Virus record (IMG/VR): IMGVR_UViG_3300042507_004106
From: a virus
Taxonomy: Duplodnaviria; Caudoviricetes
Reading direction: 5' to 3' (one strand)
Length of the DNA stretch: 64,000 bases
In this document: positions 47,087 to 57,575 of the stretch, one piece after another
How positions within the stretch are numbered: the stretch's first letter is position 1
Layout: every line of letters begins with the position of its first letter
The notes under the pieces: generated by a model
Told to the model about the DNA's origin: nothing
Seen by the model: only the letters and a program-made list of their open reading frames with translations
The model's database searches: none
Made by a program: the position numbers and the translations under genes

Positions 47087-48682
47087 TCAGTCAAATCTTG
47101 ATGACATATTATCTTGCGCTCTTTGAGCAGCAGCACGACGCTTTGCTACTTTTTGAGCGGGAGATCTTGGTCCACCATATTCACCAGCTGCAGGTGGTTT
47201 TTTACCAGGAACTTTTTTACGCTGCCCTTCTGGTTTACCTTCCATTTTACGAATACCTTTTTTCACAATACGATATGCTTCATCAGGATTACCGCCACTT
47301 TTCCTTCCCTGTTCCCTTTCAAGACGGTTTAACTCATCAATTTGATCACCTTCTAGATCATAAGAACACTTAAGACCAATTGCTCTCAGTTTGTTTTTAG
47401 CAAGATTCATAGCAGTTGGAATTGAACGGGGATCCATTTCATCCTGTTCTTTCTTTGCTTTTTTATCTGCCTGAGCAACTGTTTCTTCTTTTACTGGTTT
47501 TGTTGGTTTTGTTTTTGCACTACCGAAAGTTTTTTGAAGTTTTTGTGGAAGTTCATCTACAAATTTATAAACCGAAGCTGGGACATTAGGAGCACTTCCA
47601 CCACCTTTTGGTTCTGCTGCTTCCTTATGAACTGGAAGTCCTTTGTGCTTGGTTTTTGCAAATTTCTTTGCTTCTTTTTTACTCATTCCTGCTGCTGCTT
47701 TTGCAACTTCAGGAGATGCTGGTTTTTCACCTTTCTTTGCAGCATAAACCATCCCCATAAACTTTTGTTGTGCCTGACTTACAGCCTTCTCAACAATGAA
47801 TGGACCTTCCATTTCGTGGTGAGCCATCATTGTTCCAACAGCTGCAGAATTTCTAGAAGCGCCAGGAATTGGTGGATTAATTACAACTTTATTTTTCCCA
47901 CTCATTGGTTTAATTTGCTTGTTATTAGCATCAGGATTTGATGCCTCACTATCCGCCTCACGAATAAACTCTTCCTTTTGAGTCTTTCTAGAAGCAATCG
48001 CAGCGCCGCGAGCCTTTCTACGATTCAAAAGATACTTATCAGACTTATCATGATCACCATCATTATCAATGTCCTTGTCTTCCTTACCAACTGGATCTAA
48101 ACCTTTACCTGCTTTTGCTCTTGCAGTTTGCTCACCTTTCTTTTTTTCACCCTCATAAGGTTCGCCATATCCAGTCATTTCAACAGATTCAATGTTTGGA
48201 TTTGCACGAAGATCATTAATTTTTTCACGAGTTGCATATCTTACATATGAGCGACCATCCTTTCCAGTAACCCTTACCTTATATTTTCTGTGCTCAGCAG
48301 TTTCTAACTTTTCCATGTAAGTTAGAACGATTGGTTCCTCTTCTTTCTGAACACCTTCCACAAATACTTTATAAAGTGCGTTAGCAACATTATCAGATGC
48401 AAACTCTCCGATATTAAAATCTTCTGCTTTCATTCCACCTTTACCAAATAACTTTTGCTTTACCAAAGTTTTTTCTTGCTGACTCATGCTGCTATTAGAC
48501 ATATATTGAGAATATGCCTGCTGAAGAGGTAATTCTTCTCTTCTAGCACGATAACGAATATCGTAAATCGCCTGCTTTACTCTTTTTTCTGGTGTCTTTC
48601 CACCTTTTTTGTCTTCTTTATCACCGGCAGCAGCTTGTGGGAACTTTCTTGCGGGAAGTTCTTCAGCAATATGTTTTTTCAT
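47087..48682 (-). CDS. Lys/Glu-rich putative virion protein with DUF3008-like segment
   Basis: SQAQQKFMGMV...AKKFAKTKHKGLP. Confidence 0.65.
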   Translation of the reverse strand: MKKHIAEELPARKFPQAAAGDKEDKKGGKTPEKRVKQAIYDIRYRARREELPLQQAYSQYMSNSSMSQQEKTLVKQKLFGKGGMKAEDFNIGEFASDNVANALYKVFVEGVQKEEEPIVLTYMEKLETAEHRKYKVRVTGKDGRSYVRYATREKINDLRANPNIESVEMTGYGEPYEGEKKKGEQTARAKAGKGLDPVGKEDKDIDNDGDHDKSDKYLLNRRKARGAAIASRKTQKEEFIREADSEASNPDANNKQIKPMSGKNKVVINPPIPGASRNSAAVGTMMAHHEMEGPFIVEKAVSQAQQKFMGMVYAAKKGEKPASPEVAKAAAGMSKKEAKKFAKTKHKGLPVHKEAAEPKGGGSAPNVPASVYKFVDELPQKLQKTFGSAKTKPTKPVKEETVAQADKKAKKEQDEMDPRSIPTAMNLAKNKLRAIGLKCSYDLEGDQIDELNRLEREQGRKSGGNPDEAYRIVKKGIRKMEGKPEGQRKKVPGKKPPAAGEYGGPRSPAQKVAKRRAAAQRAQDNMSSRFD

Positions 48683-48691
48683 GAGTAAACT

Positions 48692-50008
48692 TTACTTCTT
48701 ACTTTTTCTATACTTATTTATGAAATCTCTTATATTATACCCGCGATATGCCTTTCCACCCGACTGAAGATTCTCTTCTCCAGTTCCAACAGCGCCTGGA
48801 GTCATATCAGAAGCGTATTTAAAATACCCAGAAGTTCCAACAAGAGTGTTTGGTTTACCAGGAAGTCTCATTTTTTTATCCATTCTAACTTCAGTATATT
48901 CGCTCAAATCTTTAATCCAAGACTTAAACATCTGACCAGATTCGGTTACACAAATTAGATAGTTAGTTCCTCTACGAATAATTCTACCGATTAAACCAGT
49001 ATTCAAATTCTCAACTTTCTCACCAAGTTTAAAAATAGATTCAGTAATATAATTTTCGCGGAGAGATTGGAAATCAAGCTTAGGGGCAATTTGCCAAATA
49101 TCCCAACCTTCTTTGATGCTCATTGCACCACGAAGAATATTAAAAAGTTCTTTTGCTTCTGCTGGTTTTACTTCTGGAGGAAGACCTGAACGGAAGGTTT
49201 TGAAATCATTCTCTGCTGCAGCAAGTCTCATTCTTGAAGCAGACATTCCTTCTACACCCTTTGCATCAGGGTCTCTATCGCCAGCAGAAACTACTTCAAT
49301 ATTATCAAAGTTATAAAGTTGACCATTATACTGATTGGAAAGTTTCTCAAATTCTTTTACTCTATCAGCACCACCGATAATTCTTACACCAGCATATCCA
49401 TTATTATGAGCCATTTTCAAGACATCAAAGATTGTCTTGGTATTTGCATCATTTACAATATTACCAGCATGTTGTGGATAAAATTTCTGCATATAACCAA
49501 TCTTAGTATCAGGATCCAATGGATTCTTTTTCTTGTCCTGACTCCTTGATGGAAAAATTAAATACTCACCATCTTTATCTTGAGATGCAGATTGTGCAGC
49601 AACGTCCATCAGTTGCTGGTGCCCAATTGTAGGTGGATTGAATCTACCAAAGGCAATAGTCAAAGTTCCTTTGGTTTTAGGAACAGGAAGATACTGTGCT
49701 GGTGGTTGCTCTTGTGCTGCTACCTGTGCTTCGGGAGCGGGTGCCTGTTGCTGTGGTTCCTGCTGTTGAGTAAGTGCAGGATCATTGTATCCAGGAGATG
49801 CAATTGTTTTTTCCTTTTCAGTCTGTGCCGGATCTTTACCGCCGACTTTTTGACGCTTATTATAGAATTTTAATTTTCCACCTTCAGTTTTTGCTACAAA
49901 TTCCCCTTGGCGGTCATACCATCCACCATGCCCATCACCGACAAGACCAAGACGCTGCGCCTGTTGAGATGCAGTTGCTTCTGATATGAATTGGAAAAAA
50001 TTTTTCAT
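48692..50008 (-). CDS. cytidyltransferase-like nucleotidyltransferase
   Basis: FGRFNPPTIGH, GADR, MSASRMR. Confidence 0.85.
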   Translation of the reverse strand: MKNFFQFISEATASQQAQRLGLVGDGHGGWYDRQGEFVAKTEGGKLKFYNKRQKVGGKDPAQTEKEKTIASPGYNDPALTQQQEPQQQAPAPEAQVAAQEQPPAQYLPVPKTKGTLTIAFGRFNPPTIGHQQLMDVAAQSASQDKDGEYLIFPSRSQDKKKNPLDPDTKIGYMQKFYPQHAGNIVNDANTKTIFDVLKMAHNNGYAGVRIIGGADRVKEFEKLSNQYNGQLYNFDNIEVVSAGDRDPDAKGVEGMSASRMRLAAAENDFKTFRSGLPPEVKPAEAKELFNILRGAMSIKEGWDIWQIAPKLDFQSLRENYITESIFKLGEKVENLNTGLIGRIIRRGTNYLICVTESGQMFKSWIKDLSEYTEVRMDKKMRLPGKPNTLVGTSGYFKYASDMTPGAVGTGEENLQSGGKAYRGYNIRDFINKYRKSKK

Positions 50009-50055
50009 TATCTACTTAAGATATGTATCCAGTTGCGCTTAATATAATGTATTTA

Positions 50056-51189
50056 TTATATTAAGAACATTCCAGGTTGCGCTTCTAGGTAATTCCTAGG
50101 ATAAAATCTATACATTTTCATTCCACCAGAAGTTCCACTAGCAACTTCCATTTTATATCTAATTTGAATTATCAAATTAGTATTCCCACTTAATTTAGTT
50201 CCATCTGGTTTTGATAGATAAATTTCAATCTTGGGATCACCAGATGCATTAATTCTTGCATTGAATCTACTATTTGCCAGTATTTCTCTAAACTCTCTAT
50301 TAGCAACTCTGGTTTTAACTTTACCATCTCCAGCAAATTTAACAAGTTCAGTATTAACATTTCTTGATAGACCGTAGATAATATAATCGGCAAATTTGGA
50401 TTTTACATCAGTTTTTTCTTCAGTATCTAATCCTTCATTTAATTTTTGAGTAGCATAAGTGTAAACTAACCTAGCAGCTTTTTTTAAATATTCGCCACCA
50501 CCGGTGCTTTTTGCATTATCTCTAGAAGTATATTTTTTAGTAAAAACTTCTTTATCAAAAAATTCATCTATAAAATCTTGATATTTTTCTGCTATTGGTG
50601 AAACATCTAGACCCATCTCACCAAATATATTCAAAAATTTATCAAAACCTTGCCCAGAAACTTGGTGAAATTGCTCACCCCCCTCAACCTTTAGAGAGTA
50701 ATCAATATTTCTAAATCTTTTATCTGGGTTTGTTGGAGAATTAACCTCCACCTTAACATCCGCTTTTGTTCCTTTTTGATCTTCAGTTCCGGCAGCAGTT
50801 ACTCTAATAAAGTCTTCACGCGCATTAATAGAAAGACCTCTTGCTTGTGCGTTAAGTCTACTATGAGAATTTACAAAAGATACTGCACCATTTCTTAAAT
50901 CAGAAACTTTTGTCCAATTTGCTTTCGTTGCTAAAAAATCTTGTGCTTTTTTTGGAACAGAAACTGATACAGATACCGTATCAATTACAGCACTACCAAC
51001 ATCATTAACTTGTTTTACATATCCCTTCTTCATCATTTCAGTTAGAATAGCATCAACATCGGATACATTAACTGTTGGTAAAGTTCTTGAAGTTTTTGTT
51101 TTTGCTCTTTTTACAAATCTAGCAGCAACAGCTGCAGCAAAAAATACTTCAAATAAATCACCTCTATTTGCTGATATTTTTTCTGCCAT
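50056..51189 (-). CDS. hypothetical protein, possible PD-(D/E)XK-like nuclease
   Basis: Start trimmed to MAEKISAN because the longer start overlaps tRNA-Leu; E..F, KADV..YSLK. Confidence 0.5.
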   Translation of the reverse strand: MAEKISANRGDLFEVFFAAAVAARFVKRAKTKTSRTLPTVNVSDVDAILTEMMKKGYVKQVNDVGSAVIDTVSVSVSVPKKAQDFLATKANWTKVSDLRNGAVSFVNSHSRLNAQARGLSINAREDFIRVTAAGTEDQKGTKADVKVEVNSPTNPDKRFRNIDYSLKVEGGEQFHQVSGQGFDKFLNIFGEMGLDVSPIAEKYQDFIDEFFDKEVFTKKYTSRDNAKSTGGGEYLKKAARLVYTYATQKLNEGLDTEEKTDVKSKFADYIIYGLSRNVNTELVKFAGDGKVKTRVANREFREILANSRFNARINASGDPKIEIYLSKPDGTKLSGNTNLIIQIRYKMEVASGTSGGMKMYRFYPRNYLEAQPGMFLI

Positions 51190-51207
51190 TTTATTTTTAT
51201 TTAGAAG

Positions 51208-51289
51208 TGCCCAAAAGAGGACTTGAACCTCCACTCCTTACGGAACAAGTGCCTAAAACTTGCGTGGCTACCAATTACACCATTTGGGC
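51208..51289 (-). tRNA. tRNA-Leu(UAG)
   Basis: GCCCAAA/TTTGGGC, CAAGT-TT-TAG-GC-ACTTG, variable arm. Confidence 0.92.
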
Positions 51290-51292
51290 AAG

Positions 51293-51365
51293 TGGAGAAT
51301 AGCGGATTCGAACCGCTGACCTTCTGCGTGCAAAGCAGACGCTCTACCAACTAAGCTAATTCCCC
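51293..51365 (-). tRNA. tRNA-Ala(UGC)
   Basis: GGGGAAT acceptor, TCTGC-TT-TGC-AC-GCAGA. Confidence 0.93.
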
Positions 51366-51381
51366 AAGTAAGACCATTATA

Positions 51382-51789
51382 TCACCTAACAGGCATGAGG
51401 TCAAATAGTTCTGGATAAAGTTGTCCATATTTTCTCATCAGTTCTCCTGCTTTTGCATTTGCCTGATTTTCTATTGGACTGCCGGCATGAGAACTCTTGC
51501 GGTCTAGACCTTTTTCCATATGTTGTTTGTAATGGATAAATTCATGGGCAAGAGTTCTCAGTATATCCATAGGATGACGATTGATGATACTCAAATGAAT
51601 TACATTTTCTTTTGAAATTTCACCAAATGCAGCGATGTGTTTAGCAAAATCTGCATCATCCACAAGAATGATTGGAATATCATAAGTAAGACGAAGTTCT
51701 CTTTTTAAGAAAGATTTAAACCTCTTAAGAATCAAATCTAATTGAATTCTTGTAGTCGGTCTTCCTTTATTTTTTCCAATCAAAGACAT
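51382..51789 (-). CDS. HExxH zinc-metallopeptidase-like protein
   Basis: TLAHEFIHYKQ...ENQAN. Confidence 0.7.
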   Translation of the reverse strand: MSLIGKNKGRPTTRIQLDLILKRFKSFLKRELRLTYDIPIILVDDADFAKHIAAFGEISKENVIHLSIINRHPMDILRTLAHEFIHYKQHMEKGLDRKSSHAGSPIENQANAKAGELMRKYGQLYPELFDLMPVR

Positions 51790-51805
51790 TTTTTAAAATT
51801 ATTTA

Positions 51806-51991
51806 TTATTCACCAATAGAAGTACTAATCTTTCCGTCAATATCTTGAATTACTTCACGAATATCAGTAATTCTAGTAGGAACACATACATCATCATATG
51901 TATATCCTTTTTGAGAATCAAAAAGGATTTGGCGTACTGCTGCTGCAGTGCGGATATCCATTTTTAGAGTTATTTGTTTTTCTTTAGTCAT
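51806..51991 (-). CDS. hypothetical protein
   Basis: 61 aa, overlaps the mazG stop. Confidence 0.55.
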   Translation of the reverse strand: MTKEKQITLKMDIRTAAAVRQILFDSQKGYTYDDVCVPTRITDIREVIQDIDGKISTSIGE

Positions 51992-52401
51992 CGGTCATCA
52001 GCAGCACGGTTTTCGGAGAAGTAAACATCGAAAGCACCTTCGGGATAACGCTTGAGAAGTTTCTGCACATTTTTAGCAACCACATCATCAAGAGTTACAT
52101 CAAGTGCAATACATGCCTGAGCAACATACCACATAATATCACCAAGTTCAATAATCAGGTGCTCACGATTGTCTTCATTATAGGGTTTTCCTTGGAAAAT
52201 CATTTTTTTAACGATCTCCATAAACTCACCACCTTCGGCATTAATACCAACAGAGGCAGTCAAGAGTCGCTCAATATTAGCACCTTTCTCATCCAGTGCA
52301 ACAAGACGATCTGAAAGAGCGAGGAAGTCCTTGGATGCATCAGAAGTTACGGCATCCACAAACTCAGCATACTTATCAAAATTAACGTGTTTTTGTTCCA
52401 T
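51988..52401 (-). CDS. mazG: MazG-like NTP pyrophosphohydrolase
   Basis: EGGEFMEIVKK...ELGDIMWY...KLLKRYP. Confidence 0.92.
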   Translation of the reverse strand: MEQKHVNFDKYAEFVDAVTSDASKDFLALSDRLVALDEKGANIERLLTASVGINAEGGEFMEIVKKMIFQGKPYNEDNREHLIIELGDIMWYVAQACIALDVTLDDVVAKNVQKLLKRYPEGAFDVYFSENRAADDR

Positions 52402-53780
52402 TAAAATTTAAATCCTTCGAATGACTTTTTGGGTTTTTTGTCTTCATTATCATTATACTCGTCTTCCTGTCCAGAGTCAAGTATGTCCTTCTGAGCAGTC
52501 TGCTCACAATCATAAAGACGCATTTTTGCACGATCAATTCCAACAATAAATCTCTTGTAGATTGTTGGATCATTATAACGATTCTTAAGTTGTTTCACCA
52601 TAATCTGCCCAAGTTGCTCCAATTCTTCAGTGCTAATCAGAGCAAACATCAGGTCAGCAGTAGCAGGCAAACCAAATGATTCCGAAGTATCAGTCAATTC
52701 GACATCAGAAGATCCAAAACCACTACGGGTAGTCTGAGTTGCACTCACAATCGGAACATTAAATTCTACAGCAAGACCACGAAGTTCTTCAGCAATTGCC
52801 TTAATATAAGAATATGAATTCACAGAAAGGTTTGATTTATATCGACTTGAAGCACAGATATTCAGATAGTCAATAAAAATAATATCAGGTTTAAATGATT
52901 TCTTCAGAGACAATTCATTCAAAAGTGCCTTGAAGTGACCAGCGTGAGCAGAAGCAGTTGGATATTCTTTGATGACCAAAGAACCTTGTGTCTTTTTTGC
53001 AATACCATTTACCTTGTTCTCAAATGTTGAACGCGGAAGATCAACCAGTTGCTGAATCGGAACATTGAGGAGGTTTGCATCAATTCTTTCAGCAATTCGT
53101 TCCTCCGCCATTTCAAGAGTGATATAGAGAACGGACCTGCCTTGCAGTAAGACGGAACTAGCCACATGGCACATGAATAACGATTTACCAACACCGGTTC
53201 CAGCGAGAGCAATATTGAGAGTCTTATTAGGGAGACCACCTTTTGTGATTTTGTTGAAATATTCCAGATCAAACTCGATCTTATCCTCTTTACGATGATA
53301 AAACTCATAACGCTCCTCATAATTACCCAAATAATCGTGACCGATATTATTATCGAAACTTACGGCAAGAGCATCTGAAAGAATGCTTGGAATTGCATCA
53401 CGATTTTTCTTTTCATTATTACCATCTGCAATATGAATTGATTCCATAAGTGCAAGATAAATTGCACGATCACGACACCATTTTTCAGTGGTATCAAGCA
53501 ACCACTGCTTATCAACTGGAGAATCGTTAAGGGAATTAATTACTTCTCTTGTTTCTTTGATCTCAGTTTCATTAAGACCAGTTCTATTCTCTATTTCAAT
53601 GGAGAGTGCTTCAACTGTAATTGCTGAACCATATTTGACAATGAATTGAACAGTTTCCTCAAAAATAATCTTTTCCGATTTCTGCTCAAAATAATCTGGT
53701 TGTATGAAAGGTATGACCTTGCGCGAGTAGTCTTCATTGAATATTAAGTTTCTTAAAATAGTTGTTTCAATTCGTTCCAT
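52401..53780 (-). CDS. replicative DNA helicase (T4 gp41-like)
   Basis: AGTGVGKS, ITLEMAE, IDYLNI, SATQTTR, KNRY. Confidence 0.96.
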   Translation of the reverse strand: MERIETTILRNLIFNEDYSRKVIPFIQPDYFEQKSEKIIFEETVQFIVKYGSAITVEALSIEIENRTGLNETEIKETREVINSLNDSPVDKQWLLDTTEKWCRDRAIYLALMESIHIADGNNEKKNRDAIPSILSDALAVSFDNNIGHDYLGNYEERYEFYHRKEDKIEFDLEYFNKITKGGLPNKTLNIALAGTGVGKSLFMCHVASSVLLQGRSVLYITLEMAEERIAERIDANLLNVPIQQLVDLPRSTFENKVNGIAKKTQGSLVIKEYPTASAHAGHFKALLNELSLKKSFKPDIIFIDYLNICASSRYKSNLSVNSYSYIKAIAEELRGLAVEFNVPIVSATQTTRSGFGSSDVELTDTSESFGLPATADLMFALISTEELEQLGQIMVKQLKNRYNDPTIYKRFIVGIDRAKMRLYDCEQTAQKDILDSGQEDEYNDNEDKKPKKSFEGFKF

Positions 53781-54774
53781 AAGAGAATTGTTGTTTCGCG
53801 GCAGCATCAAGTTGCTGCATTACTTCTTCGGTAAAATATTGTTCTGGATTTTTCAGTATTTCCTTCCCATATATTTTCTTACCGTTAATTTCATATCTAC
53901 CAGCAACATTTTTCCACATTCCCGCTTCTTCACCAAGTTCAAGTAGTCCATAATAGCGATCAAGACCGCGTTCATCATAGAACAGACGAACTTCAACATC
54001 TTGATTTTCTTTACTCAAACGTGATTTAGCAGTCTTTGCCTTGATAATGTTTCCAACGATTTCTGTTCCATCCTTTTCTTTCTTTTTGCTGAGATAAATG
54101 ATAGTAGAAGCGGCGTACTTAAGACCACTACCACCTCCCATCTCCTTAGTGGGAACATAAGCGCCGATAACATCATAAGTGTGGTTGGTAACGATCATTG
54201 GAATGTTTGCTTGACCCAACTTAAGGGTAAGCATACGAAAGGCACCTTTCACAAGTTGAGATTTAGTCATATCACGAACTTGCTTGTCATTGAGGGCATC
54301 CGTGATCTCCTTTTCAGTTGAAAGCATACCTAAAGAGTCTAGCACAAACATACAAGGTTTGCGTTCCTCCATAGGTTTTTTCATATAAAGGTCCACCGCT
54401 TTGAGTGCTTTTCCACGAAACTCCTCTACAGTAACAACATTGACCACTACCAAACGGGAAGTATCAATTCCACGAGATTCTACAAGAGATTTAGTGATAG
54501 CAGCCTCAGTGTCAAAGTAGAGACAGTAACCATCGGGATTATTATTAAGAAAGTTCTTAACCACGGCGAGAGAGAAAAAAGTCTTTCCAGTAGAAGACTC
54601 TCCAGCAATAGCAGTAATCTTATTCCCAGATACACCGCCAAATATGCTACCTGAAACCAGTGCATTAAAAATATATGAACCCGTATCAACATAAGTTTCC
54701 GTCTCGTCAATGTCTGATGCTAGTTTTGTATACTCCCCACCTACTTCTTTTACGATTTCTTTAAGAAAGTCCAT
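53767..54774 (-). CDS. uvsX: RecA-like recombinase
   Basis: AGESSTGKT, FDTE, LDSLG, GGGSGLKY. Confidence 0.95.
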   Translation of the reverse strand: MDFLKEIVKEVGGEYTKLASDIDETETYVDTGSYIFNALVSGSIFGGVSGNKITAIAGESSTGKTFFSLAVVKNFLNNNPDGYCLYFDTEAAITKSLVESRGIDTSRLVVVNVVTVEEFRGKALKAVDLYMKKPMEERKPCMFVLDSLGMLSTEKEITDALNDKQVRDMTKSQLVKGAFRMLTLKLGQANIPMIVTNHTYDVIGAYVPTKEMGGGSGLKYAASTIIYLSKKKEKDGTEIVGNIIKAKTAKSRLSKENQDVEVRLFYDERGLDRYYGLLELGEEAGMWKNVAGRYEINGKKIYGKEILKNPEQYFTEEVMQQLDAAAKQQFSYGTN

Positions 54775-54910
54775 TGTTCTTCTCCTTGTTCCTAATAATG
54801 TAATTCATTTTGTATGACCATAGTTTAGCATAAAGGGAAGGTTGTGTCCCCTTTAACATATTAATTATTATTTCGAGTTCTTTCTCGGTTATAGGCAATT
54901 CCATCGCCAT
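54761..54910 (-). CDS. 49-aa hypothetical protein
   Basis: Manual translation MAMELPITEKELEIIINML...; TAATG coupling. Confidence 0.55.
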   Translation of the reverse strand: MAMELPITEKELEIIINMLKGTQPSLYAKLWSYKMNYIIRNKEKNNGLS

Positions 54911-55074
54911 TAAATCACTATCCCATACTCTTCACGTAATACTTCTTTATAGGGTAAATCTTGGTCCCTAAGTTCTTTAACTAATTTAAGCTTATGATAC
55001 AGAGCAGCATCTCCACCAAATCCAAGTGCCTTTACAATTGTATTGAGTTCTTTATCATTAATAGGTAGATCCAT
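54910..55074 (-). CDS. 54-aa hypothetical protein
   Basis: Manual translation MDLPINDKELNTIVKAL...; TAATG coupling to gp43. Confidence 0.6.
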   Translation of the reverse strand: MDLPINDKELNTIVKALGFGGDAALYHKLKLVKELRDQDLPYKEVLREEYGIVI

Positions 55075-57575
55075 TAGGCAAAAAATAGTTCAAGGTTTAC
55101 AGTTTTTTCTACGTTCCATCCAATAGAGTCGAGAATAGACTTCAATGGTTCTACGAAACTCTTCTCAAATTGTAGTTCATAGTCTATGTATTTGTCAAGA
55201 CCAAGTTCCTTGGGGAAATCTTGAATGAAAGAAATAACATTTTCCTGAATTATGTTTGGTTTTTTCAGAAAAATATACTTTACCTTCTCACCGTTATTAA
55301 TCAGAGAGTACTTGTTTGTTAATTTCTTTTCCTTGATGTAATGGTTAAAGAGAAGTGCTCCTCGAATATGGATAGGAGTTTTGAAAGCATAGATATTTGA
55401 AGAAGAATGATACTTTCTAACATCTGATGCAGTTCTGGGGAACGCAACTTGTTCTGGCGGTAAAGATTTAAATTCAGCACGACACCTATCGATAAATTCA
55501 ATTACTTCTTCTTCCGTACCACTCATCATCAATTTTAAAGCATCCTTAATCATTTTGCGACAAGGTGCTGGTGTAGAAGACTTTACTGCCTCAATTCCCA
55601 TCATTTTGAGTTTAGGTTCTTCATAACGAACACCCTCACTATCCCAAACGTTAAGAATGTAACGCTTTTTAGCAGTCCAGATTCCACGCTCGGCAATGTT
55701 CTCACGCTTCATCTGCATCTTCTGGTCATAAGCATTCACATACTCAGCCAATTCTTGGTAGCAACCTTCAATATACTTTTCAAATTCCACCTGACAGACC
55801 TTATCAAGGAACGAAACAACGCTTTGAGTAGTTTTCTCTCTTCCCTTGTATACACTTTCAACCAAAGGACCCATATTAAGATAAATGGAATCAGTATCAG
55901 AAGCAATGACATAATCAACACCGTCAGTTTTAAGAATTTTGTTTAGATAGGCATTCATCTTGTTCTCAATCCAACGAATAGACACCTGACCAGACAAGGT
56001 GATTGCCTCAGCATTTGCTAGTTTGTAATAGCGGAAATACTGGTTGCCGATAGCACCATAAGCAGAGTTAAGTTGAATCTTCCTCGCCATCTGGATGTTG
56101 TTGCACCGAGCAATCTCTTTTTCCAACTCTTTCGTCTTTTTCTTTTCATACTCCTGTTTCGCAGCAAGCATCTTCTTTTTGTAAATGGTACGATCTTTGT
56201 AGATCTTCTCCATCAACTCTGGAAGGAAACCACGCACATCCTTGCGGAACATTGCCCCATTAGCACAAACTGCATAATCCTTGTATAACTCAAAATTAGT
56301 TTCTTGATTTAGGATTTTATCAACAGTCACACTTGGATGCCTCTCATCCAGAAGAGTTTCTGGTGAGATGTTATATTGCATAATGAGGTGAGGGTATAGG
56401 GAGTTCAAGTCAAAACTCACCACCCAGTCATATTTTCCAGGAATCGGTTCTTTTACATAAGCACCAGCATACTTAGAATCTTTATCAGAACGTTCTTTTG
56501 GAGGAATCACAATGTTCCTCCTTTTCAGGTAATTGTAGATAATGGTATCCCACATACGGACCTGAGAAAATACGTCAGCATAATTTGCTTTCGCATCATA
56601 CGCCATCGTAATTGCAAGTTCAATCAGTTTCATCTTGTCTTCCAGACGGTCAACAAGTTCTACGTCAACGATGTTATATTCAACAAACTTTTGCCAACCT
56701 TTTGTATAGAAGTCCTTAAACGTATCAAACTCAGAGTGATCAAGTTTTTTCTGATTGAGTTCAACGCTTGCAATATAATCCAGACGATAAGATTCCTGTG
56801 CTTTATAAGTAAACTTTTTATAAAGATTCAGATAATCTAGTTGTGTAATTCCACCAACATCATAAGAAATATGTTTACGTCCAGCAATGTAAATCTCACT
56901 CTCAGTCACCAGACCCCAAGGAGACATACGCTTCATCAATTTTTCACCCAGAACACGATCAAGACGGCGAACAAGATATGGAATATCATACAGTTCACTA
57001 TTCCATCCAGTTACAACTTCTGGAGTATTTCCTTCTACCATCCACCAGTTAATGAAATCCATTAGGAGATCATATTCTGTAGAAAAAGATTTGTAAATTA
57101 CGTTCTGCTGCTTATTCTGGAATGGACCAAGACCCCAAGTGCGAATCTGTTTAGAAGAGTAATCTTGAATTGTAATCAAAAGAACTTCTTCAGCAGCAGA
57201 TTCTACATCGGGAAATCCATTCTCAGATGCAACCTCAATATCCAAAGTTGCAACTTTAATTTTGTTGATATCAAATCTTATTTCATCCTCAGGATACATT
57301 TCAGAAATATACTGATAGATGTATCCAGTATTACCATAGATTTTAAAGTTTTCTACACCTTCATATTTTTTAATAAATTCCCTACAATCACGAACAGAAC
57401 CAGGTTGTATTGGTTCAACATATTCTCCACTAAGAGTTTGATATTTAGTTTTTTTATTGGAAGGAACAAAAAGGGTCGGGTTGAACTTCTCCCGAGTCAT
57501 AAAGTGTTTACCATCTTCATAACCTCGGACAAGGAAGTGATCCCCGACCATTTGCACGTTTGTGTAGAATCTCAT
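55074..57575 (-). CDS. family B DNA polymerase (T4 gp43-like)
   Basis: DIE exonuclease, DLNSLYP, KIQLNSAYG, DTDS, KKRY. Confidence 0.98.
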   Translation of the reverse strand: MRFYTNVQMVGDHFLVRGYEDGKHFMTREKFNPTLFVPSNKKTKYQTLSGEYVEPIQPGSVRDCREFIKKYEGVENFKIYGNTGYIYQYISEMYPEDEIRFDINKIKVATLDIEVASENGFPDVESAAEEVLLITIQDYSSKQIRTWGLGPFQNKQQNVIYKSFSTEYDLLMDFINWWMVEGNTPEVVTGWNSELYDIPYLVRRLDRVLGEKLMKRMSPWGLVTESEIYIAGRKHISYDVGGITQLDYLNLYKKFTYKAQESYRLDYIASVELNQKKLDHSEFDTFKDFYTKGWQKFVEYNIVDVELVDRLEDKMKLIELAITMAYDAKANYADVFSQVRMWDTIIYNYLKRRNIVIPPKERSDKDSKYAGAYVKEPIPGKYDWVVSFDLNSLYPHLIMQYNISPETLLDERHPSVTVDKILNQETNFELYKDYAVCANGAMFRKDVRGFLPELMEKIYKDRTIYKKKMLAAKQEYEKKKTKELEKEIARCNNIQMARKIQLNSAYGAIGNQYFRYYKLANAEAITLSGQVSIRWIENKMNAYLNKILKTDGVDYVIASDTDSIYLNMGPLVESVYKGREKTTQSVVSFLDKVCQVEFEKYIEGCYQELAEYVNAYDQKMQMKRENIAERGIWTAKKRYILNVWDSEGVRYEEPKLKMMGIEAVKSSTPAPCRKMIKDALKLMMSGTEEEVIEFIDRCRAEFKSLPPEQVAFPRTASDVRKYHSSSNIYAFKTPIHIRGALLFNHYIKEKKLTNKYSLINNGEKVKYIFLKKPNIIQENVISFIQDFPKELGLDKYIDYELQFEKSFVEPLKSILDSIGWNVEKTVNLELFFA

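Noticed and set aside
51189-51234. N-terminal extension of ORF 50056..51234 (and similar extensions at 10307, 11165, 30743, 59634)
   Set aside because: These overlap a tRNA, promoter or upstream gene; downstream ATGs fit better
29411-51289. tRNA-Ser(UGA) and tRNA-Leu(UAG) as stop suppressors implying recoding
   Set aside because: These anticodons read UCA and CUA; genes translate fully with the standard code
40484-57575. Inteins or introns in nrdA, nrdB, primase, helicase, uvsX or polymerase
   Set aside because: Lengths and motif spacing are ordinary and the ORFs are continuous
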